A stretch of DNA of 64,000 nt from Eledone cirrhosa. Lineage: Eukaryota. A program made the position numbers and the translations under genes. The stretch is from contig OZ024752.1 of assembly GCA_964016885.1 (NCBI GenBank), forward strand, positions 20,398,001-20,462,000, read 5' to 3'. The notes beneath the pieces are model-generated. The model was not told where the DNA came from and made no database searches. It worked only from the letters and a program-made list of their open reading frames with translations. Within the stretch, counting starts at the first letter, position 1. Each line of letters begins with the position of its first letter. This document shows, piece by piece, positions 1 to 15,000 of the stretch.

Positions 1-3000
1 CTGAGCAGCCCAATTTGAATATCGAGTGGGTTAATCGGCCGGGTGCACCGAAAACGATAAACGGAAAAAATGAACCGATATTTCATTTCCCACTCTTATT
101 ACGGCTGTTACTTAAATATAAGTATGTACACGTACATACATATATGTATACCGACGTACAGTAGTATGTATATATATATATACATACATGCACACATATA
201 TATATATATATGCACGTATGGATTCACCGAATATTTATTATAATGCTCGGTGTGTTTGTAAACAAACATCCCGTATTAAGCCGTAGTGTCTAGCAACCAC
301 CGTTGCTAGTTTGTTCAACACTGACAAAGGAACGCTGTACTAGTTTCAAGCTTGTTAGCTATCGTCAGCAACGTATACCTTCCTGCCAGATTGTTGAACG
401 TATATACTTACCTTATGCATATTAACGGCTGAGTAGCCCAATTTGCATATCGAGTGGGTTAATCGGCCGGGTGCACCGAAAACGATAAACGGAATTTATG
501 AAACGATATTTAATTTCCCACTCTTAGTACGGCTGTTACTTAAATATAAGTATGTACACGTACATACATATAGGTATACCGACGTACAGTAGTATGTACA
601 TATATATATATACATACATGCACACATATATATATATGCACGTATGGATTCACCGAATATTTATTATAATGCTCGGTGTGTTTGTAAACAAACATCCCGT
701 ATTAAGCCGTAGTGTCTAGCAACCAACCGTTGCTCGTTTGTTCAACACTGACAAAGGAACGCTGTACTAGTTTCAAGCTTGTTAGCTATCGTCAGCAACG
801 TATACCTTCCTGCCAGATTGTTGAACGTACATACTTACCGTATGCATATTAACGGCTGAGTAGCCCAATTTGAATATCGAGTGGGTTAATCGGCCGGGTG
901 CACCGAAAACGATAAACGGAAAAAATGAAACGATATTTCATTTCCCACTCTTATTACGGCTGTTACTTAAATATAAGTATGTACACGTACATACATATAT
1001 ATATACCGACGTACAGTAGTATGTATATATATATATATACATACATGCACACATATATATATATGCACGTATGGATTCACCGAATATTTATTATAATGCT
1101 CTGTGTGTTTGTAAACAAACATCCCGTATTAAGCCGTAGTGTCTAGCAACCACCGTTGCTCGTTTGTTCAACACTGACAAAGGAACGCTGTACTAGTTTC
1201 AAGATTGTTAGCTATCGTCAGCAACGTATACCTTCCTGCCAGATTGTTGAACGTATATACTTACCTTATGCATATTAACAGCTGAGTAGCCCAATTTGCA
1301 TATCAAGAGGGTTAATCGGCCGGGTGCACCGAAAACGATAAACGGAAAAAATGAAACGATATTTCATTTCCCACTCTTAGTACGGCTGTTACTTAAATAT
1401 AAGTATGTACACGTACATACATATTGTATACCGACGTACAGTAGTATGTATATATATACATACATGCACACATATATATATGCACGTATGGATTCACCGA
1501 ATTTTTATTATAATGCTCGAGTGGGTTAATCGGCCGGGTGCACCGAAAACGATAAACGGAGAAAATGAAACGAAATTTCATTTCCCATTCTTGGTACGGC
1601 TGTTACTTAAATACAAGTATGTACACGCACATACATATATGTATACAGACGTGCAGTAGTATGTATATATATATACATACATGCACACATATATATATGC
1701 ACGTATGGATTCACCGAACATTTATTATAATGCTCGGTGTGTTTGTAAACAAACATCCCGTATTAAGCCGTAGTGTCTAGCAACCATCGTTGCTCGTTTG
1801 TTCAACACTGACAAAGGAACGCTGTACTAGTTTCAAGCTTATTAGCTATCGTCAGCAACGTATACCTTCCTGCCAGATTGTTGAACATATATACTTACCT
1901 TATGCATATTAACGGCTGAGCAGCCCAATTTGCATATCGAGTGGGTTAATCGGCCGGGTGCACCGAAAACGATAAACGGAAAAAATGAAACGAAATTTCA
2001 TTTCCCACTCTTGGTACGGCTGTTACTTAAATACAAGTATGTACACGCACATACATATATGTATACAGACGTGCAGTAGTATGTATATATATATACATAC
2101 ATGCACACATATATATATGTACGTATGGATTCACCGAACATTTATTATAATGCTCGGTGTGTTTGTAAACAAACATCCCGTATTAAGCCGTAATGTCTAG
2201 CAACCACCGTTGCTCGTTTGTTCAACACTGACAAAGGAACGCTGTACTAGTTTCAAGCTCGTTAGCTACCGTCAGCAACGTATACAGACGTACAGTAGTA
2301 TGTATATATATATACATACATATGTATATGCACGTATGGATTCACCGAATATTTATTATAATGCTCGGTGTGTTTGTAAACAAACATCCCGTATTAAGCC
2401 GTAGTGTTTAGCAACCACCGTTGCTCGTTTGTTCAACACTGACAAAGGAACGCTGTACTAGTTTCAAGCTTGTTAGCTATCGTCAGCAACGTATACCTTC
2501 CTGCCAGATTGTTGAACGTATATACTTACCTTATGCATATTAACGGCTGAGTAGCCCAATTTGCATATCGAGTGGGTTAATCGGCCGGGTGCACCGAAAA
2601 CGATAAAAGGAAAAAATGAAACGAAATTTCATTTGCCACTCTTGGTACGGCTGTTACTTAAATACAAGTATGTACACGCACATACATATATGTATACAGA
2701 CGTACAGTAGTATGTATATATATATACATACATGCACATATATATATATGTACGTATGGATTCACCGAACATTTATTAGAATGCTCGGTGCGTTTGTAAA
2801 CAAACATCCCGTATTAAGCCGTAGTGTCTAGCAACCATCGTTGCTCGTTTGTTCAACACTGACAAAGGAACGCTGTACTAGTTTCAAGCTTATTAGCTGT
2901 CGTCAGCAACGTATGCCTTCCTGCCAGATTGTTCAACATATATACTTACCTTATGCATATTAACGGCTGAGCAGCCCAATTTGCATATCGAGTGGGTTAA

Positions 3001-6000
3001 TCGGCCGGGTGCACCGAAAACGATAAACGGAAAAAATGAAACGAAATTTCATTTCCCACTCTTGGTACGGCTGTTACTTAAATACAAGTATGTACACGCA
3101 CATACAGATGTGTATAGAGACGTACTGTAGTATGTATATATATATACATACATGCACACATATATATATGTACGTATGGATCCACCGAACATTTATTATA
3201 ATGCTCGGTGTGTTTGTAAACAAGCATCCCGTATTAAGCCGTAGTGTCTAGCAACCATCGTTGCTCGTTTGTTCAACACTGACAAAGGAACGCTGTACTA
3301 GTTGCAAGCTTATTAGCTATCTTCAGCAACGTATACCTTCCTGCCAGATTGTTGAACATATATACTTACCTTATGCATATTAACGGCTGAGCAGCCCACT
3401 TTGTATATCGAGTGGGTTAATCGGCCGGGTGCACCGAAAACGATAAACGGAAAAAATGAACGAAATTTCATTTCCCACTCTTGGTACGGCTGTTACTTAA
3501 ATACAAGTATGTACACGCACATACATAAATGTATACAGACGTACAGTAGTATGTATATATATATACATACATGCACACATATATATATGTACGTATGGAT
3601 TCACCGAACATTTATTATAATGCTCGGTGTGTTTGTAAACAAACATCCCGTATTAAGCCGTAGTGTCTAGCAACCATCGTTGCTCGTTTGTTCAACACTG
3701 ACAAAGGAACGCTGTACTAGTTTCAAGCTTGTTAGCTATCGTCACCAACGTATACCTTCCTGCCAGATTGTTGAACGTATATACTTACCTTATGCATATT
3801 AACGGATGAGTAGCCCAATTTGCATATCGAGTGGGTTAATCGGCCGGGTGCACCGAAAACGATAAACGAAAAAAATGAAACGATATTTCATTTCCCACTC
3901 TTATTACGGCTGTTACTTAAATATAAGTATGTACACGTACATACATATATGTATACCGACGTACAGTAGTATGTATATATATATATACATACATGCACAC
4001 ATATATATATGCACGTATGGATTCACCGAATATTTATTATAATGCTCGAGTGGGTTAATCGGCCGGGTGCACCGAAAACGATAAACGGAAAAAATGAAAC
4101 GATATTTCATTTCCCACTGTTAGTACGGCTGTTACTTAAATATAAGTATGTACACGTACATACATATATGTATACCGACGTACAGTAGTATGTATATATA
4201 TATATACATACATGCACACATATATATATGCACGTATGGATTCACCGAATTTTTATTATAATGCTCGGTGTGTTTGTAAACAAACATCCCGTATAAAGCC
4301 GTAGAGTCTAGCAAGAACCGTTGCTCGTTTGTTCAACACTGACAAAGAAACGCTGTCCTAGTTTCAAGCTTGTTAGCTATCGTCAGCAACGTATACCTTC
4401 CTGCCAGATTGTTGAACGTATATACTTACCTTTTGCATATTAACGGCTGAGTAGCCCAATTTGCATATCGAGTGGGTTAATCGGCCGGGTGCACCGAAAA
4501 CGATAAACGGAAAAAATGAACCGATATTTCATTTCCAACTCTTAGTACGGCTGTTACTTAAATATAAGTATGTACACGTACATGCATATATGTATACCGA
4601 CGTACAGTAGTATGTATATATATATATACATACATGCACACATGTATATATGCACGTATGGATTCACCGAATATTTATTATAATGCTGGGTGTGTTTGTA
4701 AACAAACATCCCGTATTAAGCCGTAGTGTCTAGCAACCACCGTTGCTCGTTTGTTCAACACTGACAAAGGAACGCTGTACTAGTTTCAAGCTTGTTAGCT
4801 ATCGTCAGCAACGTATACCTTCCTGCCAGTTTGTTGAACGTATATACTTACCGTATGCATATTAACAGCTGAGTAACCCAATTTGCATATCGAGTGGGTT
4901 AATCGGCCGGGTGCACCGAAAACGATAAACGGAAAAAATGAACCGATATTTCATTTCCCACTCTTAGTACGGCTGTTACTTAAATATAAGTATGTACACG
5001 TACATGCATATATGTATACCGACGTACAGTAGTATGTATATATATATATACATACATGCACACATGTATATATGCACGTATGGATTCACCGAATATTTAT
5101 TATAATGCTGGGTGTGTTTGTAAACAAACATCCCGTATTAAGCCGTAGTGTCTAGCAACCACCGTTGCTCGTTTGTTCAACACTGACAAAGGAACGCTGT
5201 ACTAGTTTCAAGCTTGTTAGCTATCGTCAGCAACGTATACCTTCCTGCCAGATTGTTGAACGTATATACTTACCTTATGCATATTAACGGCTGAGTAGCC
5301 CAATTTGCATATCGAGTGGGTTAATCGGCCGGGTGCACCGAAAACGATAAACGGAAAAAATGAAACGATATTTCATTTCCCACTCTTAGTACGGCTGTTA
5401 CTTAAATATAAGTATGTACACGTACATACATATATGTATACCGACGTACAGTAGTATGTACATGTATATTTATACATACATGCACACATATATATATATG
5501 CACGTATGGATTCACCGAATATTTATTATAATGCTCGGTGTGTTTGTAAACAAACATCCCGTATTAAGCCGTAGTGTGTAGCAACCACCGTTGCTCGTTT
5601 GTTCAACACTGACAAAGGAACGCTGTACTAGTTTCAAGCTTGTTAGCTATCGTCAGCAACGTATACCTTCCTGGCAGATTGTTGAACGTATATACTTACC
5701 TTATGCATATTAACGGCTGAGTAGCACAATTTGCATATCGAGTGGGTTAATCGGCCGGGTGCACCGAAAACGATAAACGGAAAAAATGAAACGATATTTC
5801 ATTTCCCACTTTTAGTACGGCTGTTACTTAAATATAAGTATGTACACGTACATACATATATGTATACCGACGTACAGTAGTATGTACATATATATATATA
5901 CATACATGCACACATATATATATATATGCACGTATGGATTCACCGAATATTTATTATAATGCTCGGTGTGTTTGTAAACAAACATCCCGTATTAAGCCGT

Positions 6001-9000
6001 AGTGTCTAGCAACCACCGTTGCTCGTTTGTTCAACACTGACAAAGGAACGCTGTACTAGTTTCAAGCTTGTTAGCTATCGTCATCAACGTATACCTTCCT
6101 GCCAGATTGTTGAACGTACATACTTACCGTATGCATATTAACGGCTGAGTAGCTCAATTTGAATATCGAGTGGGTTAATCGGCCGGGTGCACCGAAAACG
6201 ATAAACGGAAAAAATGAAACGATATTTCATTTCCCACTCTTATTACGGCTGTTACTTAAATATAAGTATGTACACGTACATACATATATATATACCGACG
6301 TACAGTAGTATGTATATATATATATATACATAGATGCACACATATATATATATGCACGTATGGATTCACCGAATATTTATTATAATGCTCTGTGTGTTTG
6401 TAAACAAACATCCCGTATTAAGCCGTAGTGTCTAGCAACCACCGTTGCTCGTTTGTTCAACACTGACAAAGGAACGCTGTACTAGTTTCAAGCTTGTTAG
6501 CTATCGTCAGCAACGTATACCTTCCTGCCAGATTGTTGAACGTATATACTTACCTTATGCATATTAACGACTGAGTAGCCCAATTTGCATATCGAGTGGG
6601 TTAATCGGCCGAGTGCACCGAAAACGATAAACGGAAAAAATGAAACGATATTTCATTTCCCACTGTTAGTACGGCTGTTACTTAAATATAAGTATGTACA
6701 CGTACATACATATATGTATACCGACGTACAGTAGTATGTATATATATATATATACATACATGCACACATATATATATATATGCACGTATGGATTCACCGA
6801 ATATTTATTATAATGCTCGGTGTGTTTGTAAACAAACATCCCGTATTAAGCCGTAGTGTCTAGCAACCACCGTTGCTCGTTTGTTCAACACTGACAAAGG
6901 AACGCTGTACTAGTTTCAAGCTTGTTAGCTATCGTCAGCAACGTATACCTTCCTGCCAGATTGTTGAACGTATATACTTACCTTATGCATATTAACGGCT
7001 GAGCAGCCCAATTTGCATATCGAGTGGGTTAATCGGCCGGGTGCACCGAAAACGATAAACGGAAAAAATGAACCGATATTTCATTTCCCACTCTTAGTAC
7101 GGCTGTTACTTAAATATAAGTATGTACACGTACATACATATATGTATACCGACGTACAGAAGTATGTATATATATATATACATACATGCACACATATATA
7201 TATGCACGTATGGATTCACCGAATATTTATTATAATGCTAGGTGTGTTTGTAACCAAACATCCCGTATTAAGCCGTAGTGTCTAGCAACCACCGTTGCTC
7301 GTTTGTTCAACACTGACAAAGGAACGCTGTACTAGTTTAAAGCTTGTTAGCTATCGTCAGCAACGTATACCTTCCTGGCAGATTGTTGAACGTATATACT
7401 TACCTTATGCATATTAACGGCGGAGTAGCACAATTTGCATATCGAGTGGGTTAATCGGCCGGGTGCACCGAAAACGATAAACGGAAAAAATGAAACGATA
7501 TTTCATTTCCCACTTTTAGTACGGCTGTTACTTAAATATAAGTATGTACACGTACATACATATATGTATACCGACGTACAGTAGTATGTACATATATATA
7601 TATACATACATGCACACATATATATATATATGCACGTATGGATTCACCGAATATTTATTATAATGCTCGGTGTGTTTGTAAACAGACATCCCGTATTAAG
7701 CCGTAGTGTCTAGCAACCACCGTTGCTCGTTTGTTCAACACTGACAAAGGAACGCTGTACTAGTTTCAAGCTTGTTAGCTATCGTCAGCAACGTATACCT
7801 TCCTGCCAGATTGTTGAACGTACATACTTACCGTATGCATATTAACGGCTGAGTAGCCCAATTTGAATATCGAGTGGGTTAATCGGCCGGGTGCACCGAA
7901 AACGATAAACGGAAAAAATGAAACGATATTTCATTTCCCACTCTTATTACGGCTGTTACTTAAATATAAGTATGTACACGTACATACATATATATATACC
8001 GACGTACAGTAGTATGTATATATATATATATACATAGATGCACACATATATATATATGCACGTATGGATTCACCGAATATTTATTATAATGCTCTGTGTG
8101 TTTGTAAACAAACATCCCGTATTAAGCCGTAGTGTCTAGCAACCACCGTTGCTCGTTTGTTCAACACTGACAAAGGAACGCTGTACTAGTTTCAAGCTTG
8201 TTAGCTATCGTCAGCAACGTATACCTTCCTGGCAGATTGTTGAACGTATATACTTACCTTATGCATATTAACGGCTGAGTAGCCCAATTTGCATATCGAG
8301 TGGGTTAATCGGCCGGGTGCACCGAAAACGATAAACGGAAAAAATGAAACGATATTTCATTTCCCACTTTTAGTACGGCTGTTACTTAAATATAAGTATG
8401 TACACGTACATACATATATGTATACCGACGTACAGTAGTATGTACATTTATATATATACATACATGCACACATATATATATATATGCACGTATGGATTCA
8501 CCGAATATTTATTATAATGCTCGGTGTGTTTGTAAACAAACATCCCGTATTAAGCCGTAGTGTCTAGCAACCACCGTTGCTCGTTTGTTCAACACTGATA
8601 AAGGAACGCTGTACTAGTTTCAAGCTTGTTAGCTATCGTCAGCAACGTATACCTTCCTGCCAGATTGTTGAACGTATATACTTACCTTATGCATATTAAC
8701 GGCTGAGTAGCCCAATTTGCATATCGAGTGGGTTAATCGGCCGGGTGCACCGAAAACGATAAACGGAAAAAATGAACCGATATTTCATTTCCCACACTTA
8801 GTACGGCTGTTACTTAAATATAAGTATGTACACGTACATACATATATGTATACCGACGTACAGTAGTATGTATATATATATATACATACATGCACACATA
8901 TATATATGCACGTATGGATTCACCGAATATTTATTATAATGCTCGGTGTGTTTGTAACCAAACATCCCGTATTAAGCCGTAGTGTCTAGCAACCACCGTT

Positions 9001-12000
9001 GCTCGTTTGTTCAACACTGACAAAGGAACGCTGTACTAGTTTAAAGCTTGTTAGCTATCGTCATCAACGTATACCTTCCTGGCAGATTGTTGAACGTATA
9101 TACTTACCTTATGCATATTAACGGCTGAGTAGCCCAATTTGCATATCGAGTGGGTTAATCGGCCGGGTGCACCGAAAACGATAAACGGAAAAAATGAAAC
9201 GATATTTCATTTCCCACTCTTAGTACGGCTGTTACTTAAATATAAGTATGTACACGTACATACATATATGTATACCGACGTACAGTAGTATGTACATATA
9301 TATACATACATGCACACATATATATATATGCACGTATGGATTCACCGAATATTTATTATAATGCTCGGTGTGTTTGTAAACAAACATCCCGTATTAAGCC
9401 GTAGTGTCTAGCAACCAACCGTTGCTCGTTTGCTCAACACTGACAAAGGAACGCTGTACTAGTCTCAAGCTTGTTAGCTATCGTCAGCAACGTATACCTT
9501 CCTGCCAGATTGTTGAACGTACATACTTACCGTATGCATATTAACGGCTGAGTAGCTCAATTTGAATATCGAGTGGGTTAATCGGCCGGGTGCACCGAAA
9601 ACGATAAACGGAAAAAATGAAACGATATTTCATTTCCCACTCTTATTACGGCTGTTACTTAAATATAAGTATGTACACGTACATACATATATATATACCG
9701 ACGTACAGTAGTATGTATATATATATATATATACATACATGCACACATATATATATATGCACGTATGGATTCACCGAATATTTATTATAATGCTCTGTGT
9801 GTTTGTAAACAAACATCCCGTATTAAGCCGTAGTGTCTAGCAACCACCGTTGCTCGTTTGTTCAACACTGACAAAGGAACGCTGTACTAGTTTCAAGATT
9901 GTTAGCTATCGTCAGCAACGTATACCTTCCTGCCAGATTGTTGAACGTATATACTTACCTTATGCCTATTAACAGCTGAGTAGCCCAATTTGCATATCAA
10001 GTCGGTTAATCGGCCGGGTGCACCGAAAACGATAAACGGAAAAAATGAAACGATATTTCATTTCCCACTATTAGTACGGCTGTTACTTAAATATAAGTAT
10101 GTACACGTACATACATATATGTATACCGACGTACAGAAGTATGTATATATATATATACATACATGCACACATATATATATGCACGTATGGATTCACCGAA
10201 TATTTATTATAATGCTAGGTGTGTTTGTAACCAAACATCCCGTATTAAGCCGTAGTGTCTAGCAACCACCGTTGCTCGTTTGTTCAACACTGACAAAGGA
10301 ACGCTGTACTAGTTTAAAGCTTGTTAGCTATCGTCAGCAACGTATACCTTCCTGGCAGATTGTTGAACGTATATACTTACCTTATGCATATTAACGGCGG
10401 AGTAGCACAATTTGCATATCGAGTGGGTTAATCGGCCGGGTGCACCGAAAACGATAAACGGAAAAAATGAAACGATATTTCATTTCCCACTTTTAGTACG
10501 GCTGTTACTTAAATATAAGTATGTACACGTACATACATATATGTATACCGACGTACAGTAGTATGTACATATATATATATACATACATGCACACATATAT
10601 ATATATATGCACGTATGGATTCACCGAATATTTATTATAATGCTCGGTGTGTTTGTAAACAGACATCCCGTATTAAGCCGTAGTGTCTAGCAACCACCGT
10701 TGCTCGTTTGTTCAACACTGACAAAGGAACGCTGTACTAGTTTCAAGCTTGTTAGCTATCGTCAGCAACGTATACCTTCCTGCCAGATTGTTGAACGTAC
10801 ATACTTACCGTATGCATATTAACGGCTGAGTAGCCCAATTTGAATATCGAGTGGGTTAATCGGCCGGGTGCACCGAAAACGATAAACGGAAAAAATGAAA
10901 CGATATTTCATTTCCCACTCTTATTACGGCTGTTACTTAAATATAAGTATGTACACGTACATACATATATATATACCGACGTACAGTAGTATGTATATAT
11001 ATATATATACATAGATGCACACATATATATATATGCACGTATGGATTCACCGAATATTTATTATAATGCTCTGTGTGTTTGTAAACAAACATCCCGTATT
11101 AAGCCGTAGTGTCTAGCAACCACCGTTGCTCGTTTGTTCAACACTGACAAAGGAACGCTGTACTAGTTTCAAGCTTGTTAGCTATCGTCAGCAACGTATA
11201 CCTTCCTGGCAGATTGTTGAACGTATATACTTACCTTATGCATATTAACGGCTGAGTAGCCCAATTTGCATATCGAGTGGGTTAATCGGCCGGGTGCACC
11301 GAAAACGATAAACGGAAAAAATGAAACGATATTTCATTTCCCACTTTTAGTACGGCTGTTACTTAAATATAAGTATGTACACGTACATACATATATGTAT
11401 ACCGACGTACAGTAGTATGTACATTTATATATATACATACATGCACACATATATATATATATGCACGTATGGATTCACCGAATATTTATTATAATGCTCG
11501 GTGTGTTTGTAAACAAACATCCCGTATTAAGCCGTAGTGTCTAGCAACCACCGTTGCTCGTTTGTTCAACACTGATAAAGGAACGCTGTACTAGTTTCAA
11601 GCTTGTTAGCTATCGTCAGCAACGTATACCTTCCTGCCAGATTGTTGAACGTATATACTTACCTTATGCATATTAACGGCTGAGTAGCCCAATTTGCATA
11701 TCGAGTGGGTTAATCGGCCGGGTGCACCGAAAACGATAAACGGAAAAAATGAACCGATATTTCATTTCCCACACTTAGTACGGCTGTTACTTAAATATAA
11801 GTATGTACACGTACATACATATATGTATACCGACGTACAGTAGTATGTATATATATATATACATACATGCACACATATATATATGCACGTATGGATTCAC
11901 CGAATATTTATTATAATGCTCGGTGTGTTTGTAACCAAACATCCCGTATTAAGCCGTAGTGTCTAGCAACCACCGTTGCTCGTTTGTTCAACACTGACAA

Positions 12001-15000
12001 AGGAACGCTGTACTAGTTTAAAGCTTGTTAGCTATCGTCATCAACGTATACCTTCCTGGCAGATTGTTGAACGTATATACTTACCTTATGCATATTAACG
12101 GCTGAGTAGCCCAATTTGCATATCGAGTGGGTTAATCGGCCGGGTGCACCGAAAACGATAAACGGAAAAAATGAAACGATATTTCATTTCCCACTCTTAG
12201 TACGGCTGTTACTTAAATATAAGTATGTACACGTACATACATATATGTATACCGACGTACAGTAGTATGTACATATATATACATACATGCACACATATAT
12301 ATATATGCACGTATGGATTCACCGAATATTTATTATAATGCTCGGTGTGTTTGTAAACAAACATCCCGTATTAAGCCGTAGTGTCTAGCAACCAACCGTT
12401 GCTCGTTTGCTCAACACTGACAAAGGAACGCTGTACTAGTCTCAAGCTTGTTAGCTATCGTCAGCAACGTATACCTTCCTGCCAGATTGTTGAACGTACA
12501 TACTTACCGTATGCATATTAACGGCTGAGTAGCTCAATTTGAATATCGAGTGGGTTAATCGGCCGGGTGCACCGAAAACGATAAACGGAAAAAATGAAAC
12601 GATATTTCATTTCCCACTCTTATTACGGCTGTTACTTAAATATAAGTATGTACACGTACATACATATATATATACCGACGTACAGTAGTATGTATATATA
12701 TATATATATACATACATGCACACATATATATATATGCACGTATGGATTCACCGAATATTTATTATAATGCTCTGTGTGTTTGTAAACAAACATCCCGTAT
12801 TAAGCCGTAGTGTCTAGCAACCACCGTTGCTCGTTTGTTCAACACTGACAAAGGAACGCTGTACTAGTTTCAAGCTTGTTAGCTATCGTCAGCAACGTAT
12901 ACCTTCCTGCCAGATTGTTGAACGTATATACTTACCTTATGCCTATTAACAGCTGAGTAGCCCAATTTGCATATCAAGTCGGTTAATCGGCCGGGTGCAC
13001 CGAAAACGATAAACGGAAAAAATGAAACGATATTTCATTTCCCACTATTAGTACGGCTGTTACTTAAATATAAGTATGTACACGTACATACATATATGTA
13101 TACCGACGTACAGTAGTATGTATATATATACATACATGCACACATATATATATGCACGTATGGATTCACCGAATATTTATTATAATGCTCGAGTGGGTTA
13201 ATCGGCCGGGTGCACCGAAAACGATAAACGGAGAAAATGAAACGAAATTTCATTTCCCATTCTTGGTACGGCTGTTACTTAAATACAAGTATGTACACGC
13301 GCATACATATATGTATACAGACGTGCAGTAGTATGTATATATATATACATACATGCACACATATATATATGTACGTATGGATTCACCGAACATTTATTAT
13401 AATGCTCGGTGTGTTTGTAAACAAACATCCCGTATTAAGCCGTAGTGTCTAGCAACCATCGTTGCTCGTTTTTTCAACACTGACAAAGGAACGCTGTCCT
13501 AGTTTCAAGCTTATTAGCTATCGTCAGCAACGTATACCTTCCTGCCAGATTGTTGAACATATATACTTACCTTATGCATATTAACGGCTGAGCAGCCCAA
13601 TTTGCATATCGAGTGGGTTAATCGGCCGGGTGCACTGAAAACGATAAACGGAAAAAATGAAACGAAATTTCATTTCCCACTCTTGGTACGGCTGTTACTT
13701 AAATACAAGTATGTACACGCACATACATATCTGTATACAGACGTGCAGTAGTATGTATATATATATACATACATGCACACATATATATATGTACGTATGG
13801 ATTCACCGAACATTTATTATAATGCTCGGTGTGTTTGTAAACAAACATCCCGTATTAAGCCGTAGTGTCTAGCAACCACCGTTGCTCGTTTGTTCAACAC
13901 TGACAAAGGAACGCTGTACTAGTTTCAAGCTCGTTAGCTACCGTCAGCAACGTATACAGACGTACAGTAGTATGTATATATATATACATACATGCACACA
14001 TATATATATGCACGTATGGATTCACCGAATATTTATTATAATGCTCGGTGTGTTTGTAAACAAACATCCCGTATTAAGCCGTAGTGTTTAGCAACCACCG
14101 TTGCTCGTTTGTTCAACACTGACAAAGGAACGCTGTACTAGTTTCAAGCTTGTTAGCTATCGTCAGCAACGTATACCTTGCTGCCAGATTGTTGAACGTA
14201 TATACTTACCTTATGCATATTAACGGCTGAGAAGCCCAATTTGCATATCGAGTGGGTTAATCGGCCGGGTGCACCGAAAACGATAAAAGGAAAAAATGAA
14301 GCGATATTTCATTTCCCACTCTTAGTACGGCTGTTACTTAAATATAAGTATGTACACGTACATACATATATGTATACCGACGTACAGTAGTATGTATATA
14401 TATATATATACATACATGCACACATATATATATGCACGTATGGATTCACCGAATATTTATTATAATGCTCGAGTGGGTTAATCGGCCGGGTGCACCGAAA
14501 ACGATAAACGGAAAAAATGAAACGAAATTTCATTTGCCACTCTTGGTACGGCTGTTACTTAAATACAAGTATGTACACGCACATACATATATGTATACAG
14601 ACGTACAGTAGTATGTATATATATATACATACATGCACATATATATATATGTACGTATGGATTCACCGAACATTTATTAGAATGCTCGGTGCGTTTGTAA
14701 ACAAACATCCCGTATTAAGCCGTAGTGTCTAGCAACCATCGTTGCTCGTTTGTTCAACACTGACAAAGGAACGCTGTACTAGTTTCAAGCTTATTAGCTA
14801 TCGTCAGCAACGTATGCCTTCCTGCCAGATTGTTCAACATATATACTTACCTTATGCATATTAACGGCTGAGCAGCCCAATTTGCATATCGAGTGGGTTA
14901 ATCGGCCGGGTGCACAGAAAACGATAAACGGAAAAAATGAAACGAAATTTCATTTCCCACTCTTCGTACGGCTGTTACTTAAATACAAGTATGTACACGC

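Noticed and set aside
404-413. ATACTTACCT, identical to the U1 snRNA 5' end
   Set aside because: Nothing else matches U1: no stem-loops I-IV and no Sm site.
426-485. Possible hammerhead in the satellite (CTGAGTAG...CCGAAA)
   Set aside because: The core is not CUGANGA and stems I and III do not form.
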